In this document: one piece after another, positions 1 through 13,941 of the stretch
Layout of the letters: each line of letters opens with the position of its first letter
Numbering within the stretch: the stretch's first letter is position 1
DNA from: Vicugna vicugna
Lineage: Eukaryota
Direction: 5' to 3'
DNA: 62,000 bases
NCBI GenBank assembly: GCA_013265495.1
Contig: MU058781.1
Coordinates: 6,972,522-7,034,521 of the forward strand
Made by a program: the position numbers and the translations under genes
The notes under the pieces: generated by a model
What the model was told of the DNA's origin: nothing
What the model saw: only the letters and a program-made list of their open reading frames with translations
The model's database searches: none

Positions 1-1044
1 GGAAGAAAAGTGCTTCTAATTTAAGACTGCCTTGGTTAACACAGGCAGTTAGAAAGTTTAAGACTTAATGCTTCTATTTCTCTAGTTCTTTCTGAGCTCA
101 TATTTCACTACCGTCAACTTGCAATTTAGTTTCTGACATAATGACTTGAGGCTTTAGGTAGACCTTTATTTTCAAAACAAATCTCTGTTTTCCTATAATG
201 TGGATGAATGAACAATGCCCTATACTGTGTTTGGAGTTCAGAAATTGGGAGAAGCTCTGTAATGATAATAATTCAAGTTAGTTGCAAACAGCTGCAACAG
301 AGAGCAGACCAGACTTCTGGGTCCATTGATTAACGTCATGCTTAAAGCTGAAAAGAGCTTCCGAGTCCAGTGCTGGAAGCCACACTGAGGTTTGTACAGC
401 GTCACTGGGCCCAAGACTTAGCTCTAGGCAGGGAAATAATGTTTTTTTTTTCCTTTCTTTTTTTAAAACCAGTAAATTGATTTTACATGCACATATATCT
501 GAAGTGATTAACAGCATGTATAGTTTATGACTTGGCTTCCCTCCCATGTCTGGTCGTCTTTAATGACTTTGAAACATGATTTCACAAATCTTGAGGTTTA
601 TGCAAGGATAAAAGTTTCCTTCTTCAGTCAGGTAAAGCAGGCTCCTGGAAACAACTGGAAAGCAAGAGAGTCTTTTTGTTACATTGGATAGTTGGGAGAA
701 AATCCCATGGAGGAATCTATCATTTGTGGAAGAGAAAAGTGCAGAGTTAATTTTAGGTTTTGTTGAGACCGTCTACTTTAGTTAATCAATAGCTAACCAG
801 GGTGCTTTTCATTCATTAGGCCCCAAATTCAACTTCCTTAACGGCACAGATCAAGATATTTAATAACATAGGATCTGAATAACGTATTTTGGGTTCAAGT
901 GACTTGCTTTATAGTCTACCTTTTATTAAAAAAGATTCACTTTTTAAAGAGAGTCATATGTCTAATTTCACATTTTCCTTCCTTGAAAAGGAGCTTCTTG
1001 TGTTCTCTCCATATTACATAAAATAAAAATTTTTTTCCTGTTAG

Positions 1045-1121
1045 GGTTATTCTTAATGATCAGGATTAAATATGAATGATTACATCTCCTCAACTGGTTG
1101 AAGAAAATGATCTTATTTCAG
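1045..1121 (+). other. Candidate 77-nt exon
   Basis: Acceptor ttttttcctgttag (1031-1044) and donor CAG|GTAAAA (1122). ATG at 1076 reads MITSPQLVEENDLIS, open to the donor in phase 1. The donor is mediocre. Confidence 0.22.
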
Positions 1122-1584
1122 GTAAAATGTCATGAAACCATAATGCTACATGTTGCCTTGTAGAATTTAGAATTCTTTTAACACTGTAAGAAAAGAGACA
1201 GATGTAAGCAGAGAGAAATAGATAACAAAAAAAATAGTGCATCTAAGCGTGGTAAAATGTGGTCAGATCCAGAATGGACAGAAAACTTTTGCTTTGGTTA
1301 GGAAAACTGCCCCTAGACATGGTGTAGGGTTCTTTGAAGCAAGCCCTATGCAAGTTACATAATTCTTGAACAAAGTGAGATTTTTTTCTACTTCTCAGAC
1401 TATTTGGAAAAGAGCAAAATGGAACCAAAAAGCCCCAAACAACCCAACCACCAAGTAATCATCATTTTTGTATGAAATTAATGCTTCTATATTTGAATAT
1501 TATATTTTCAAGAGAATATATCCTGATTTTAGCACGGCCAGCACAACCAGTGAGACCTCCTGGATGTATTTATAAATGCAGGAA

Positions 1585-1745
1585 GTTAGGACTGTAGGCC
1601 TGTAAAGCTAGATGGGACCTCAGAAGCCATTCCTGGTCACTCGTTATTTTACAAGTGAGGAAACTGCTGTGGTTTACTACGGGCATTGGTTATCTCGTGA
1701 TTGAACAAAGGCTGTTGCTGAAGGGTCTTGATTCTTGGTAACATT
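1585..1745 (-). mobile_element. MIR3-type SINE fragment
   Basis: agctagatgggacctcagaagccat...ttttacaagtgaggaaactg matches the reverse MIR core and MIR3 tail. Confidence 0.55.
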
Positions 1746-1841
1746 CTTTTTATCTTCCTTCTGCTTATGATGAAAAAAATTAGGTACTTAGTAAAGTTGT
1801 GTATTCAATCAGAGAAGGTTCAATATCTAATTATTTATGAT

Positions 1842-2160
1842 GTGTGGTAGTAACACTGTTTTCCAAATATTTCTGGCTTTCTGCCTTCAGTAGTGCATTT
1901 TCTGACGCCCACATGGTTGGATGGGGTTATGTGACCAGTTTGACCAATGATTTGCTAGCAGAATTGTGTGTCATTTCTGAAGGGGAGTGTGTGATCCATG
2001 GTATGAGACCCCCTGGGAATCTATGGTAGCTGTTCCCTTGGCCTGTGTCCCTGAAAATGATGTACAGCGCCCCCCACTGAGCCAGAATGGATATTTAGCA
2101 TAAGTGAGTAAACACTTTTTGTTTTAAGTCACTAAGATTTATGGCTTATTTTAACCTCAG
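1842..2160 (+). mobile_element. MLT1 (ERVL-MaLR, MLT1I/J-like) solo LTR
   Basis: Starts tgtggtag; contains ggggttatgtgaccagtttgaccaatga; 3' motif agcataagtgagtaaacacttt...ttttaagtcactaagattt. Confidence 0.6.
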
Positions 2161-2484
2161 GTTATCAAATTGCTAAAAGGTGTTGTAAGAAACAAAATGC
2201 TTCTAATTTAGATTATGGCATTAAAGGGAAATGAAGAATTTAGGCAATACATTTGACTATTTAGGGCAGAAGTGTGGAATGAAATTTTTTTGTTGTTTAT
2301 TGAGAGTATTTTTTTGGGAGGTGGGGAGGGAAGAATGTCTCTTTATCATTGTCTTTATTCTCCCCTTTAGTTATTTTTTATCGCCTATGGTAGCACTCTA
2401 TGCCTGGAGTGACTGCTGGAACCAATCTCAAAATTTGTCGAACTATTATTATTTTAAATCACAACTCAGGCTCAGTAAATTAAA

Positions 2485-2630
2485 CTAAGAGTCAAGGAAT
2501 CTGGGTCCTAGTTTTCATATTGTTACCGCATGACTTTCATCCTGTCTGCGTCTCAGGACCCACATCTATAAATAGGTGTTGAAACAAATCATCTTGAATA
2601 TCTTTCTAGCCCTGTTGATCTGTAATTCCA
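2485..2630 (+). mobile_element. MIR3-type SINE fragment
   Basis: gagtcaaggaatctgggtcctagt...catctataaataggtgttgaaacaaatcatc...ttctagc. Confidence 0.5.
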
Positions 2631-5609
2631 GGAAAGCAGAGTAACATGCTGCTAGCTATTTTGGGTTAGGGATCTTAAACACAATTTTAAAATCTAAGAA
2701 TCAGGTCTTAAGTATATATTGGTATAACAATTTAAGGAGTAAACGATGCTTAAATCATCTAAAACTTTAACTGTCCCAGAACACGATATACTGTATTTTC
2801 AGAGTTCTTTTGTAAGTGCTATCCATTATTTAAAAATATTTTTTTCTAGGTTTTTCTGATATTAAAGTGTATTTCCCATATATTTAAGAGCTTTTTTCTT
2901 CTTTGGCATGCAGAAATAGTTTCCCAAGGATGTAGCAGAACCGTGTGTCTGTTTTGTTTAACTTGCTTTTTTAATCTCCTTTTTTTTTTAAAAAATAGAT
3001 ATATGAATGCCAAAATCTTTAACTTTTTCACGAGATTTGTCAACTTCATCTAAATTTACCTTACTCTTCCTGAGTTCTAAGACCTTGGGAAAGCATTGGC
3101 AGGCTCCCTCTTGGCTAGAAGTGCAATGTGGCTGCACTTAAAATTCAGCTGTCACATCTTCAGAATGTTCTGTTTGCAGGCAGTTTGGATGGAAAGATCA
3201 GTGGCAAAGCCACTAGGGTCAACGGCCATATGCCTTAATGGTGGAAGTGGAGTCACTAGTTTCTTGCTCTGGCTTTTGACTGACTTTTCTCAGAGCCAAA
3301 AATAAGCTGGCCATGGAACCATAAAGCCATAGCCCTTGGCCAGGAGGGACACAGCTAAATTATATTAATGCTATTGCTGTCCTAGGGGATTAGTAAAGGG
3401 ACTAAATGATCGATGAAGGCCAGTTCAGTTGTTTGCTTTTATGTAGACAATGTTCTAGATTGTTCATTTTTTACCTTTTTTTTTTTGTTCAGCAGTTTTA
3501 TATAGTTGGTATTAGAGCGTGATATTCTTTTATCTTAAGGAGCTATTAATGATGGAGAAAGTTACCCATAATGATTGTCATTCTTGTTTGTAAAAATAGA
3601 CTTCTAAGAATCAGAAACTGCCTGAAAATTATGCTTATGCCTTTTGTATCGCACTGATTCAAAGGCAAATAAAATGCTCTTTACATGAAACTCAGCTTTT
3701 AAGAAGGCAGAGTGTGACATTTGGATGACTGTGACTTATTTTGTATCTCTAAAACATTATTTTCATTTTCTGCTTTCATCTGAATCTTAAATATAAAGAC
3801 AGTTCTGGTGCCTTTACCCAAAGAAGGAAAAAATAACTGAACATGAATACAGACATTACTCAGTCCCAGGAATTCTTACTGAGCTTTAAGTCCCATGTAC
3901 AAAAGTGCCATTCAGTGCTTTAACAAGCTTGAAAAGGGTGATCTTAGCGGTACAATCTTATCATCGTCAGCTAGTCAGTCATCTACCTGATCTTAAACGC
4001 TGGCTACTTACAATGGAGCGCAGTGTTAGAAAAAGTGATTCAGGGCCGCCTGATTTCACTTAACTCGGAGGAATGTGCAGGCCCCCAAGGCTGAGGTAAT
4101 GCACTGTGAGCTCTCTGTACGTCTGTGAACCACAATCTTGGGGTCTCTCCATAGGTATGAGAGGTATGCAGAGTGAGGTATTTACTGACTCCTTTATGCC
4201 CCCAGCCCTCAACTGAGCTAAGCCAGAAGCAGCGTGTCACAACTTGGGTGGCTTAATTGGTGAAGACCGTAAACTGGATAGAAGGCAGCAACACAGAGGA
4301 TGTCCTGAAATACGTTCAGATCTGATGGTATGAGAGAGATGGGCATTTTGTATGATTATTTTCAGTGGAAAACTAGCTATTTTAGACATTTTTTCTTAGC
4401 CTTCTGAAAACAAGTAGTGTTGTCTGCCTGATTTGTTATATACACCCCTTTCTCCAAGTCCAATGGATAATATAAAGAAAACCCTAATAAATACATTACT
4501 GTGGGCTTTCAGTTGGTAGACCCATAAGATTTCTCTTAGCTTAGCAGTTATTCACAGAGGGAACAAGCTATATTCTTAGGGTACTTAGCATTTCAGATAA
4601 GTGCAGATTTTTTTTCATCCACACTTGAGAGGTTTTACAGCACACTTAAGTGTACCTCCATACTCTAAGGGGATGTTGATAATAATAAGTTTGATATTAA
4701 AATTTTTTAATTAAAAAAATTAAATTAAAATGTTCTATTGAATTTTTTTTGGAAAAAAATGTTTGAGCTCATCAATGTAAAAGCAAATTAGAGAGCAAGC
4801 AAGCAATGACTCTTGCATAAATGTTCTGTTAACCTGTCTCTGTTGGACTCTGAGGGCAGGAGTGAGCCACTTCTGGGTGAGTGCTGGGTGCCTATTTGCA
4901 TCAGCTGCTGCTGTTTAAGTGTTAGTTATGCAGGGCTGCTGACCCCTTTCCACTTTCAGAACAAGAATAGAACTAATTGAAGCATGAGGATGCAATGCAT
5001 TCCAAAATATATTTACTCTGAAGCAGTAACCTCTTCCACATCCTGCAAAGCAACCAAGGACTTTTTCTTTTTTGTCACTTAGAATGTCTTTGACATTGGA
5101 TTAGAAACTTTAAGCCTCAGATGTGCCGAAAAACTGTAATACATATCATCTAGTTTGTACATAGTTCAAGTCTTTTAATGATGAACTCCACAAAATCATC
5201 CACCTTCTTTCACTGTTGGAAATAATTGGAATAAAACAACCAGTTTTTGGGGGGGGTCTTCAGACAATGATTATTTGCCATCATGACATTAGGTCTGCAT
5301 TCACATCCAACTTTAGGCCTAATCATAAATTTCGTCAAATGTGCATCTTTTTTCTTCATTTTCTTTGTTCTCTTTAAGTTTCCTCTTCTGCTCAGAAGCC
5401 CTCATCCTCATTCCAGTAAAATCCCAGTATTGGACAAAGTCCCTCCTTAATAACACAGTAGGAAAAGAATCTGATCTTCAGAAGGAATGTAAAATTAAAC
5501 AAAAAGGTATAATTAATCAAAAATAATGAGCAGAAATAGAAAACCTCTAGCTTTAATGCCCCTGGACTAACTTCATCTAACTAGAAGGGCATTTTCATAG
5601 TTTGTGCTG

Positions 5610-5770
5610 TGCTTACGAACCAGAAGACCTGGGTCTGAGCCTGGCTTAGCCACGCACTCAGCACTCCATCTTTCTCAGGTTTAGTTTATATCTCACACTT
5701 GGCAGCTGCAGTAACTGTATGAGATGGTGCGTGTAGAAGTGTTCTGTAAAACGTGAAGCACTTTGCAAGT
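5610..5770 (+). mobile_element. MIR SINE fragment
   Basis: cagaagacctgggtctgagcctggct...atgagatggtgcgtgtagaagtgttctgtaaa. Confidence 0.5.
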
Positions 5771-5821
5771 GTTCTTTTTTTTTTTTTTTAAATTGCTTTA
5801 AAATCATGCAACAAACTCTTA

Positions 5822-5966
5822 AGTAGGAAGTCAGACGTCCTAACCTTTGGGACCTTGGTTAAGTCTTCTAACCATGCAAGATCTGTTTCCTCATCATGAA
5901 AACCTGGAGGTTGAACCAGCGTATCTCTAAAGTCCTTTTCAACCCCAGACATTTTATAATCCCATG
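5822..5966 (+). mobile_element. MIR3-type SINE fragment
   Basis: gaccttggttaagtc...ctgtttcctcatcatgaaaa...gaaccagcgtatctctaaagtcctttt. Confidence 0.6.
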
Positions 5967-6384
5967 AAATTAAATGCTGACACCTGGTACCCAGAACACA
6001 GAAGATGGCATGAGTTTGAACCAGGAGGTTAAGTGAAGAAATAAAGGAGATGGTGATTCTGGGACGATCGGGCTTCATCCTCCCAGGGGTCTGCAGTGCA
6101 GATGGAAACTACAGAGCAAAGGGTAGATGGGGTCTGTGGAGCAGGGCCCCTAGAACGTGGGGGCATCCACTTGGATGGGTTTATGGGTTTGGGGTGAAGA
6201 TTGCACGGGTGTCTGGGAGCTAAGTGATTAGGATGATTAGATATTGAGGGGAGGCAGTTTTGCCAAGTGAGTGGGATCTAAAGCTGCAGGGGGCTTGGTA
6301 GTCAGCAAATGCAGGGATGAAAGTGGCAGGATGTTCCCGCTATAACCACAACCAGCTTCTTATCAGTCTTCCTTCTCCATTGCT

Positions 6385-6790
6385 CTGGTCAGTGAGAATG
6401 ATCAGCCCACGTGACTTCTCTTCCCTGCGTAAGGTCCTTTCATGGCTTTCACTGTACTGAGATTAAAAGATGAACTCCTTAAATGGGCTTTCAGGTGCCT
6501 GAAGGAATTGGTACTTGCTTCTCCCTAATTCTCCTCCGTTCTACTCTGCCTCTCTCTTTCTGAATTTCAGCCATGCTGGTTAGTTTAAGTCACCAAGGCT
6601 TTCCCGCATCAGGGCCTTACCATGTGCTGTTTCACCACCATACTTCACGGGGTTAGGTTTGATTCTTTGCAAGCTTAGCTGAAGCATTTCTTCCTACAGG
6701 CTTTCTCTAACCACTGTATGCATCGTAATCTCTGCCCCTTGTCTAAACCCTCTATTTCTTGCCTTAACAACCACAATCTATAATTATTAT
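6385..6790 (+). mobile_element. L2 LINE 3' region fragment
   Basis: cctttcatggctttcactgtactgagattaaaagatgaactcctt...cagccatgctgg...cagggccttaccatgtgctgtt are typical L2a/b motifs. Confidence 0.55.
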
Positions 6791-8231
6791 TCCCTAGCAT
6801 AATAATAATACATAGTATGCATAATAATAGCGTAATAATTTAGTCAGACACCATACTTTATTTTGTCTTTCATTTTTTCAAAGTCTATATAGCTTATTAT
6901 AAAATTTTTGATTATGAAAGTAGTTGACACCCATGTCAAAAAAATTTGATAATCCTTAAGTAAAGTCACTGAAATGCCCTCACCCAGAGAAAGTCAGAAC
7001 AAACTTTTTGTTGTGTATACTTAAAATCTGCTTCTTAATTTTAAAAAGCAGCTGAGATCAGTATTTTTCTTTCCAAAATTTAAAACCAATTTGCTTTCTA
7101 CTTAAAAGGCCTTCAGGGAGTTGTGTCTGCACACCCTTCCCAGGAGCCTTTCCCTTCTGTTCACATTGATGCTGCACTTCTCTGCCTTCGAGTTAGGCTG
7201 GCCCTGCCTTTTTCAGGCATAATCCGGCAGCATTTATCTTTGATTAAAAAAAAGTAACTGCTATTCTTGTCTTTCGTTGCCAGCATTGCAGACTGGGCAT
7301 TTAAATGCCTTGGATTGTGTATTTGGAGCTGCTAACAGCTGCATGTACTATTTCCAATACTCTTTAAGATCCACCCAGGATGTGACCATGGAATGCTTGT
7401 CATTTTTTTTTTTTTGGAGTTGGGGGTATAGATGTAAAATTGGTAAATGATAAGCAGAGGTGAAAACTAGGTGAGAAATTCTTTAACAGACTATAGGCTT
7501 GCCATCTGATACCTAGAGAAAACTGCATTCCTTTGGGCAACTCTCAGCTCATCTGCCTGAACCTGGGGCTGCCACAGATGGTGAGGGCTTTGCAGACTCA
7601 GGTAACATCAGTATGTTTCCAAAACAAACAAACAAAGCAAACAAATTCCACCATATCCTGCCATATATATAGCAAAAGTGGTGCTATATGTGCTATGCAA
7701 CATCCAACATCAATATATCTGTAGATACACTGTTGCAACATGTGTATGTGTTGGAGAACCACAGGTAGTCTGTAAATTACCAGCCAACCAACCAACCAAC
7801 AAAGGAAATGAGAAACTTTGATTTTTCTCTTTAAAAAGGAGACCATTTGGATTGATTAGGTGGCCATGGGCAAGTCCTTCCCTTCTTTGAAGTACTGAAA
7901 TACACAACTGAATTCTATTTCTAGTTGCTTGTATTCACCTCCAGCTCAATCCATAAATGATTTATTGACACTATTTTGGGATAGAATTGCCCTGAGAAAT
8001 TCTTGTTATATTTTTGTAGGGCCAGTTTCATGGATTTTCTCAACATATTTTGCAACCCAAAGCCTAATGGAAGTTTAAATTAAATCTTTATTTCTGTCCT
8101 TTTCATATAACATTCAGTTATTTGATGTTCTAGGAATTTTTTTGTTTGGAAAAGAATGTTTAAAGTTAGAACTATTTTCCTTGGCTATAATTATTTAAAA
8201 AATACTATCACTGCTAGATTTCGACTGTTTT

Positions 8232-8636
8232 GGTGTGGGGAAAGGGCAGGCAGTTAGCATGTTAATATTTGCATAATTACTTGATGTAAGAATGTATTTT
8301 ACCCTTGAAAGTGTGTGCAGATACTGTGGAGGTAGGGGGTGCTGCCCACTTGATCACTTCACTGCTTCATACTTCCAACTGTGAATTAACACCAACCCCC
8401 AGAAGCCCTCAATAGGTGGCTGATTGGAGTTAGGGCATAATTACTCCATCTCCCTTACCCTTTGGGGTGACCTGTTCGTCTCCAAAGTTACGACTTAACT
8501 ACACTGCCTTCATTAGCTATCCTTCCTTTCCTGCTGCCCCCCTACCAGCAGTCCCTGTACCTCCTTAATAAACTATTTGCAATCAAATCTTTGTCTCAAA
8601 TCAAATCCCTACTTTGGGGGATACCTAATTTAAACA
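8232..8636 (+). mobile_element. LTR16-like (ERVL) solo LTR
   Basis: cagaagccctcaa...ggcataattactcca...cctccttaataaactatttgcaatcaaatcttgtctca...tttgggggatacctaatttaaaca. Confidence 0.6.
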
Positions 8637-8984
8637 AACCTCTTACCTTTAGGCAACATTTTAATCTATTATCCTAGATAGATATAAACACACTTGGCTT
8701 AATCTACTTAACAGGTACTTTATATATTTTCATTATCTGGTAGCACATATTGTTAATTGTCTACTAAATAATGTCTTTGTTATTTTTCCCTTTAAAGAGA
8801 CAGCTTTTGTACATCTGAAACATGACTGAAACAATGAAACTACAATAAAAGCATCAGAAAAATAAGTACCTAGGTTAAACCTCATCATATTTTAAGAGTT
8901 CCAGTCTCAACAGTGGCATTTTTAGACAGAACAGAATGCATACCAAATGTTAAGTTTAGTGACTAAACTTATCATTATACTTTT

Positions 8985-9104
8985 TAAAAACATTTTTTAT
9001 TGATTTATAATCATTTTACAATGTGTCAAATTCCAGTGTTCAGCACAATTTTTCAGTCATACATGGACATATACACACTCATTGTCACATTTTTTTTCTC
9101 TGTG
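8985..9104 (-). mobile_element. Lineage-specific L1 3' end, 5'-truncated (~120 bp)
   Basis: ttttattgatttataatcattttacaatgtgtcaaattccagtgttcagcaca. Perfect 13-bp TSD tcattatactttt at 8972-8984 and 9105-9117. Confidence 0.85.
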
Positions 9105-9551
9105 TCATTATACTTTTATGATTGCTTTTTGTAGCATCTTCTGTATTATAGGATAGCCAGGGACTTGTAAAGAATTTGTAATTTTTTGTGAGGTGAGGTT
9201 TGAGGTCAAATACCATTTAATTCACATCAGTGTAAGAGCTCTCCATTATGGTCTGCTCTTTAAGTTTCTAGGATCCCACTGAATGCAAAATAAAAAAGAT
9301 TTTGCAGAACTGGAGAGGACACATGCAGAAGTCACCTGCTCCTTGAAAGACAGTGTAACTGGGGGCAGTGAATTGCTTGGCTTTGCGGCTATCATTTGGC
9401 CTCCTCTATGTGCCAGCTGTCCTGAAAGTACACGGCCTTGGCCATGTGGGTAATGGGGTCAGAGGTCATAATGGAACCTGATTCAAGAGCACTAACTGCA
9501 AGATTCTGTCTGTGTTGAGTGAAAAGCGTGTCCTACAACACAGGGAGAAAA

Positions 9552-9751
9552 GCAGCAGAATGTGGTGACTGGTGAGTACCGGCCAGGGCGGGGAGCAGCC
9601 TGGGTGCAGGTCCTCACTGCCACTCACTGTGACCAATACGACAAAGATAACAATTCCTACCCTTCAGGGCGTTTATGAAGATTAAGTTGATAAAGTGATT
9701 CAAACACAGTGCCTGATACATAGAACGCTTTTGGTAAATGGTAGCTATTAT
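9552..9751 (+). mobile_element. MIR SINE
   Basis: gcctgggtgcaggtcc...ctgtgacc...cctacccttcagggcgtttatgaagattaa...acagtgcctgatacatag...taaatggtagctattatt. Confidence 0.7.
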
Positions 9752-10440
9752 TAGGTTGGTTTATTGTCCAACCTAGTACACTTTCAAAAATGAAATACGG
9801 TGCTAAAAATGAAATATTTTATATATAATTTTTTTAACATAAAAACAAAAAAGTAACAAAAAATAAAAAGGCTTTTAAATAGAAGTATTCTGTGGGCCTA
9901 TCCATGTAATTAATTTTTCAGTCAATCTATAATTTTTATTTAAAAACTTTTGAAAATGAAATTCCTTCCAAAAAATAAAAATAAATAGCAATGTACATTA
10001 AAGCAAGATAAAAACACCTTTATAATGTCTTATTTGAACACTAAAAGTAAATGGAATTATTTTGGAATTAAGTGAATTATTTTTGTTACGTTTTCATATA
10101 CTTAACCAGTCTTTCAGTCATAGCTGACTCTTACATCACATAACTGGAGATTTTTGAAGTTACTTTTTTTTCCTAATATGGACGTTTTCTTTTAAATTTT
10201 TCATAGTCTGTAATATTCTTGAAGTTGTACTTTATATTAACAAAATTGAAATTGTTGACACCTCAGTTGACTCTTCTCTGTAAACTGTAATATTTTCTCT
10301 TGAAACTCATAATAAAAACTGAGTTATTGAGTGAAAACTAAGTAAATTCTGCTAAATGGAGAGTATTCTCAATTGTAATATTTTTGTATTAAAATGTGTA
10401 AGGAATGGGCTACAATATAATCCGTGATACTGTTTTTCCT

Positions 10441-10492
10441 TTTTTAAAATTGAATATATTTGACATATACCATTGTGTAAATTTAGCTGTAC
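10441..10492 (-). mobile_element. Very short L1 3' end
   Basis: T-tract then aattgaatatatttgacatataccattgtgtaaatttagctgtac; degenerate TSD ctgtttttccttttt / ctgtttgtttcttttt. Confidence 0.55.
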
Positions 10493-10815
10493 CTGTTTGT
10501 TTCTTTTTGCCTTCATTCAGAATATCTTTCCTTGAGAAATACTTCTAGAAGACAAAGTTCATCAAATAAATTATGTTCAGTTAATGATTCTTATGTTTCC
10601 TCAAACTGTCACGCTTCCAAATCATGGGCCCTCTAAATTTTGTTCTGTTCCAATGGGCATTATTAAAGTTACTCTCCACAAGTAGATTTATTCCAAAGAG
10701 TAATTATGGAACTTCAAAATTAAATCTTGGACATGATTTGAGTGCTCATCATTTAATTTATTCACTTTTTTTTGGATGTAATTGGGCTATTTCAGTGTTT
10801 TCCTATTTTGCAAGT

Positions 10816-11878
10816 TTTAAAAAAAATTGAGGTATAGTAGATTTATAATATTAGTTTCAGGTGTACAGCACGGTGATTCATAATTTTTATAGATTGTACT
10901 CCATTTAAAGTTATTATAAAATATTGGCTGTATTCCCTGTGCTGTACAGTATATCCTTGCAGCTTATTTATTTCATATGTAGTAGTTTGTATCTCTTAAT
11001 CCTTTCTCCCTATCTTGTCCCTCCCCCACCCCTCTCCCCACTGGTAACCACTAGTTTATTCTCTATGCTTCTGTTTCTGTTTTATATTCATTCATTCATT
11101 CATTTTATTTTTTAAGACTCTGTATGTAAGTGATGTCACACAGTGTTTGTCTTTCTCTGTCTGACTTAACTTCCCTAAGCATGATACCCTCCAGGTCCAT
11201 CCGTGTTGTTGCAAATGGCAAAATTCCATTATTTTTCGATGGGAATAGTATTCCATTCAGCTGTTGATGGACACTTAGGTTTCCCTATCTTCACAATTGT
11301 AAATAATGCTTCTATGAATATTGGAGTGCATGTATCTTTTTTAAGTATTGTTTTCATTTTCTTTGGATAAATGCCCAGGAGTAGAATTGCTGGATCATGT
11401 GGTAGTTCTATTTTTAGTTTTTTGAGGAACCTCTGTGCTGTTTTCCACAGTGGCTGCACCGATGTACATTTCCGCTAACAGTGTACATGGGGTCTCTTTC
11501 CCCTACATCCTCATCATTTGTTACTTGTGCTCTTGTTGAGGATAGCCACTCTGACAGGTGTGAGGTGATAGCTCATTGTGGTTTTGATTTGTGTTTATCT
11601 GATGATTAACTGTGTTGAGCATCATTTCATTTTCATTTGGCTAACTGTATGTCTTCTTTGGAAAAATGTCTATTCATATCTTTCTTCTGCCCATTTTTAA
11701 ATTGGGTGGTTGTTTCGATATTAAGTTGTATGAGCTGTTTATGTATTTTGGATATTAACCCCTTATGATCATATCACTTGCAAGTATTTTCTCCCATCCA
11801 GCAGGTTGTCTTTTCATTTTGTTGATGGTTCCCTTTGCTGTGCACAAACTTTCAAGTTTAAATTAGGTCCCATTTGTG
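10816..11878 (-). mobile_element. 5'-truncated L1 (ORF2 C-terminus + 3' UTR)
   Basis: ORF 11229-11459 ([47 protein letters not shown]) is the L1 ORF2 C-terminus. TSD tcctattttgcaagt (10801-10815) / tcctttttgcaagt (11879-11892). Confidence 0.95.
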
Positions 11879-13561
11879 TCCTTTTTGCAAGTGTTGTTTT
11901 CAGTAATTGTAATTCTCCAAAAGCTTGAAAAGCTCCTTGAATTCTTGATTAAAATTTCTAACTGATACTGAACAAAATGCACCCCAAAGCTAATGGACTC
12001 ATTTACAAGAAGTTCAATATTATTGTCAGGACACAGGTTGATTTATTAAGTAGTTTCAATTGATGATGGGCAGCAAAGAGAAAAGTCTGGTACTACCAGG
12101 CTGAAGTTTTTTTTTTTTTAACTCAACATCCACTTCATCACAAAAATTTTGTAGTTTAACTACTTGGCATATTTAAACTTTGTAAATTTTGACGAATTAG
12201 AGCTTCTATTTCAATTGATACCATAATGCAACTTCTTTGGATGAAATTATGACTTACATTTACACTGTAACCAATTCCAATTATATTTTTGTTCCATGTC
12301 TTAATTTTAAATTAGATAATTTAGTAAAATATTGTTTTTTTTTTACCATAGGCATTGTGGTCCACCAAAATTATATTATCAAAATAGAATATATTTTGAT
12401 TCAAAAAGAAATACTTATATTTTTAACATTGCAGTTTTTAAACTAAGTTTACGGGAAGATTCATAATAATGTCGGATGTTTCATCTTAAAACAGATTACA
12501 CCTCCCAAAGCTTTGATTCCATGAATTAGATAAAAAAAATTAAACTATTATTGGAACAAATTAGTCTTTCTGAGTGAAGCTTTGATAACACTGAGATAAA
12601 ATTAGCAAAATTGAATTGTTTATAAAATGCTTCTGCTTTCACTACTGACACATTATAGCTTTTGCTTTACTTTTTGTGCATGAATGCAAAAACTTGAAGT
12701 AAAAAATTGGCAAAGTCAGTTTCGAAGAGCAATCACTGGGTCTAAATGTTATGTAAGCACCTGCTACAGCTGCATGTGATAAATCAAACTACAAGTACAG
12801 AGCTCTCAAAACAGCTGCTAGTTATTGATGCCCATTATAATGCTTCTTCAGCAGGTTTGTGTTTTGGGGTTTTCACTCAGTGATTTATATATCGCTTTGT
12901 ACCTCATGGCTGTGGGAGGTGGCAAGTGATGAGATTTTGTGCAATTTGACATTCATCATTAACATACTGGAGAATTGAAAACTCAGCACTTTTACTATTT
13001 TACTAAATAGAAGCTTCCATTTCTTTAGCTTGTTGTTGTTGAAAGGCTTGTTGCAAAATAAAAAGCAACACCAAACAATGTCATTAATACTTGTAGATAC
13101 ACATCATACGTCATACGAAAAATGACCAAATCCTTATGGCAGGTGTCCAGAATGCTCTCTATATGTACCAAGGCAGGACACTCAGTCTCTTTGCCCTGCA
13201 ACTATTTCATGTCTGCCTACCCTACAATTTCCCACTTTCCCCACTGCCCACACTAGCTGTGCCTTGACAGTTCTGTGTATCTAGTTGGCCCGAGCATGGC
13301 ACTGGCACACCTGGCTGGTAAATCCAGAGGGCGCAGTGCCCCAGATAGCAGAGTGTTCTCTCACCACCACCAGCGGCTGGAGGGTTTAGCTGCTCCTGAC
13401 AGCTCCTGTTTGAGTGTATTTCCTTTTGTAAGCAAATGCCCTGCTGTTCTGAAAGGGAACTGTTAGTTCCATTGTGTTTGGAAAGGATTGAGGAAATTGG
13501 GTCATTTCTGGTCATCTTGGAGATTTAACCACATGTTAGAGTGACATCTCTGTTCGTTGCT

Positions 13562-13941
13562 TGTCTTAGCTGGGGCTGCTATCATAAAGTAGTTTCAAAA
13601 CAGACATTTCTCAACAGTTGTGGGAGCTTGAAAGTTCATCCAGGTGCCAGCAGATTTGGTGTCTGGTGATGCCCTGCCTCTTGGTTTGCAGGTGGCTGTC
13701 TTCTTGTTAGGTCCTCAGTGTTTGCAGAGACAGAGAGAGAGAGAGACAGAGATGGAGATGGAGACAGACAGACAGACAGACACACACACACACACTGACT
13801 AATCTCTTCCTTTTCTTGTAAGGGCGCTACTTCCATCGTGAGCCCCACCCTCATGATCCCATCTAAACCTAATTACCTCACATTGGGAATTGGGGCTTCA
13901 ACACATGACTTTTGGGGTTGCACACCATTCAGTTCATGGCA
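13562..13941 (-). mobile_element. MLT1A-type MaLR solo LTR
   Basis: tgtcttag..ggctgctat..aggtgccagcagatttggtgtctggtga..ccccaccctcatga..aacctaattacctc..gcttcaacacatga..cattcagttcatggca. 5-bp TSD ttgct/ctgct. Confidence 0.85.
13725..13795. repeat. Compound (GA)n/(GACA)n/(CA)n microsatellite
   Basis: Directly visible inside the MLT1A. Confidence 0.9.

Noticed and set aside
5170..5280. Possible C/D-box snoRNA (ATGATGA)
   Set aside because: No suitably spaced CTGA D box or terminal stem.
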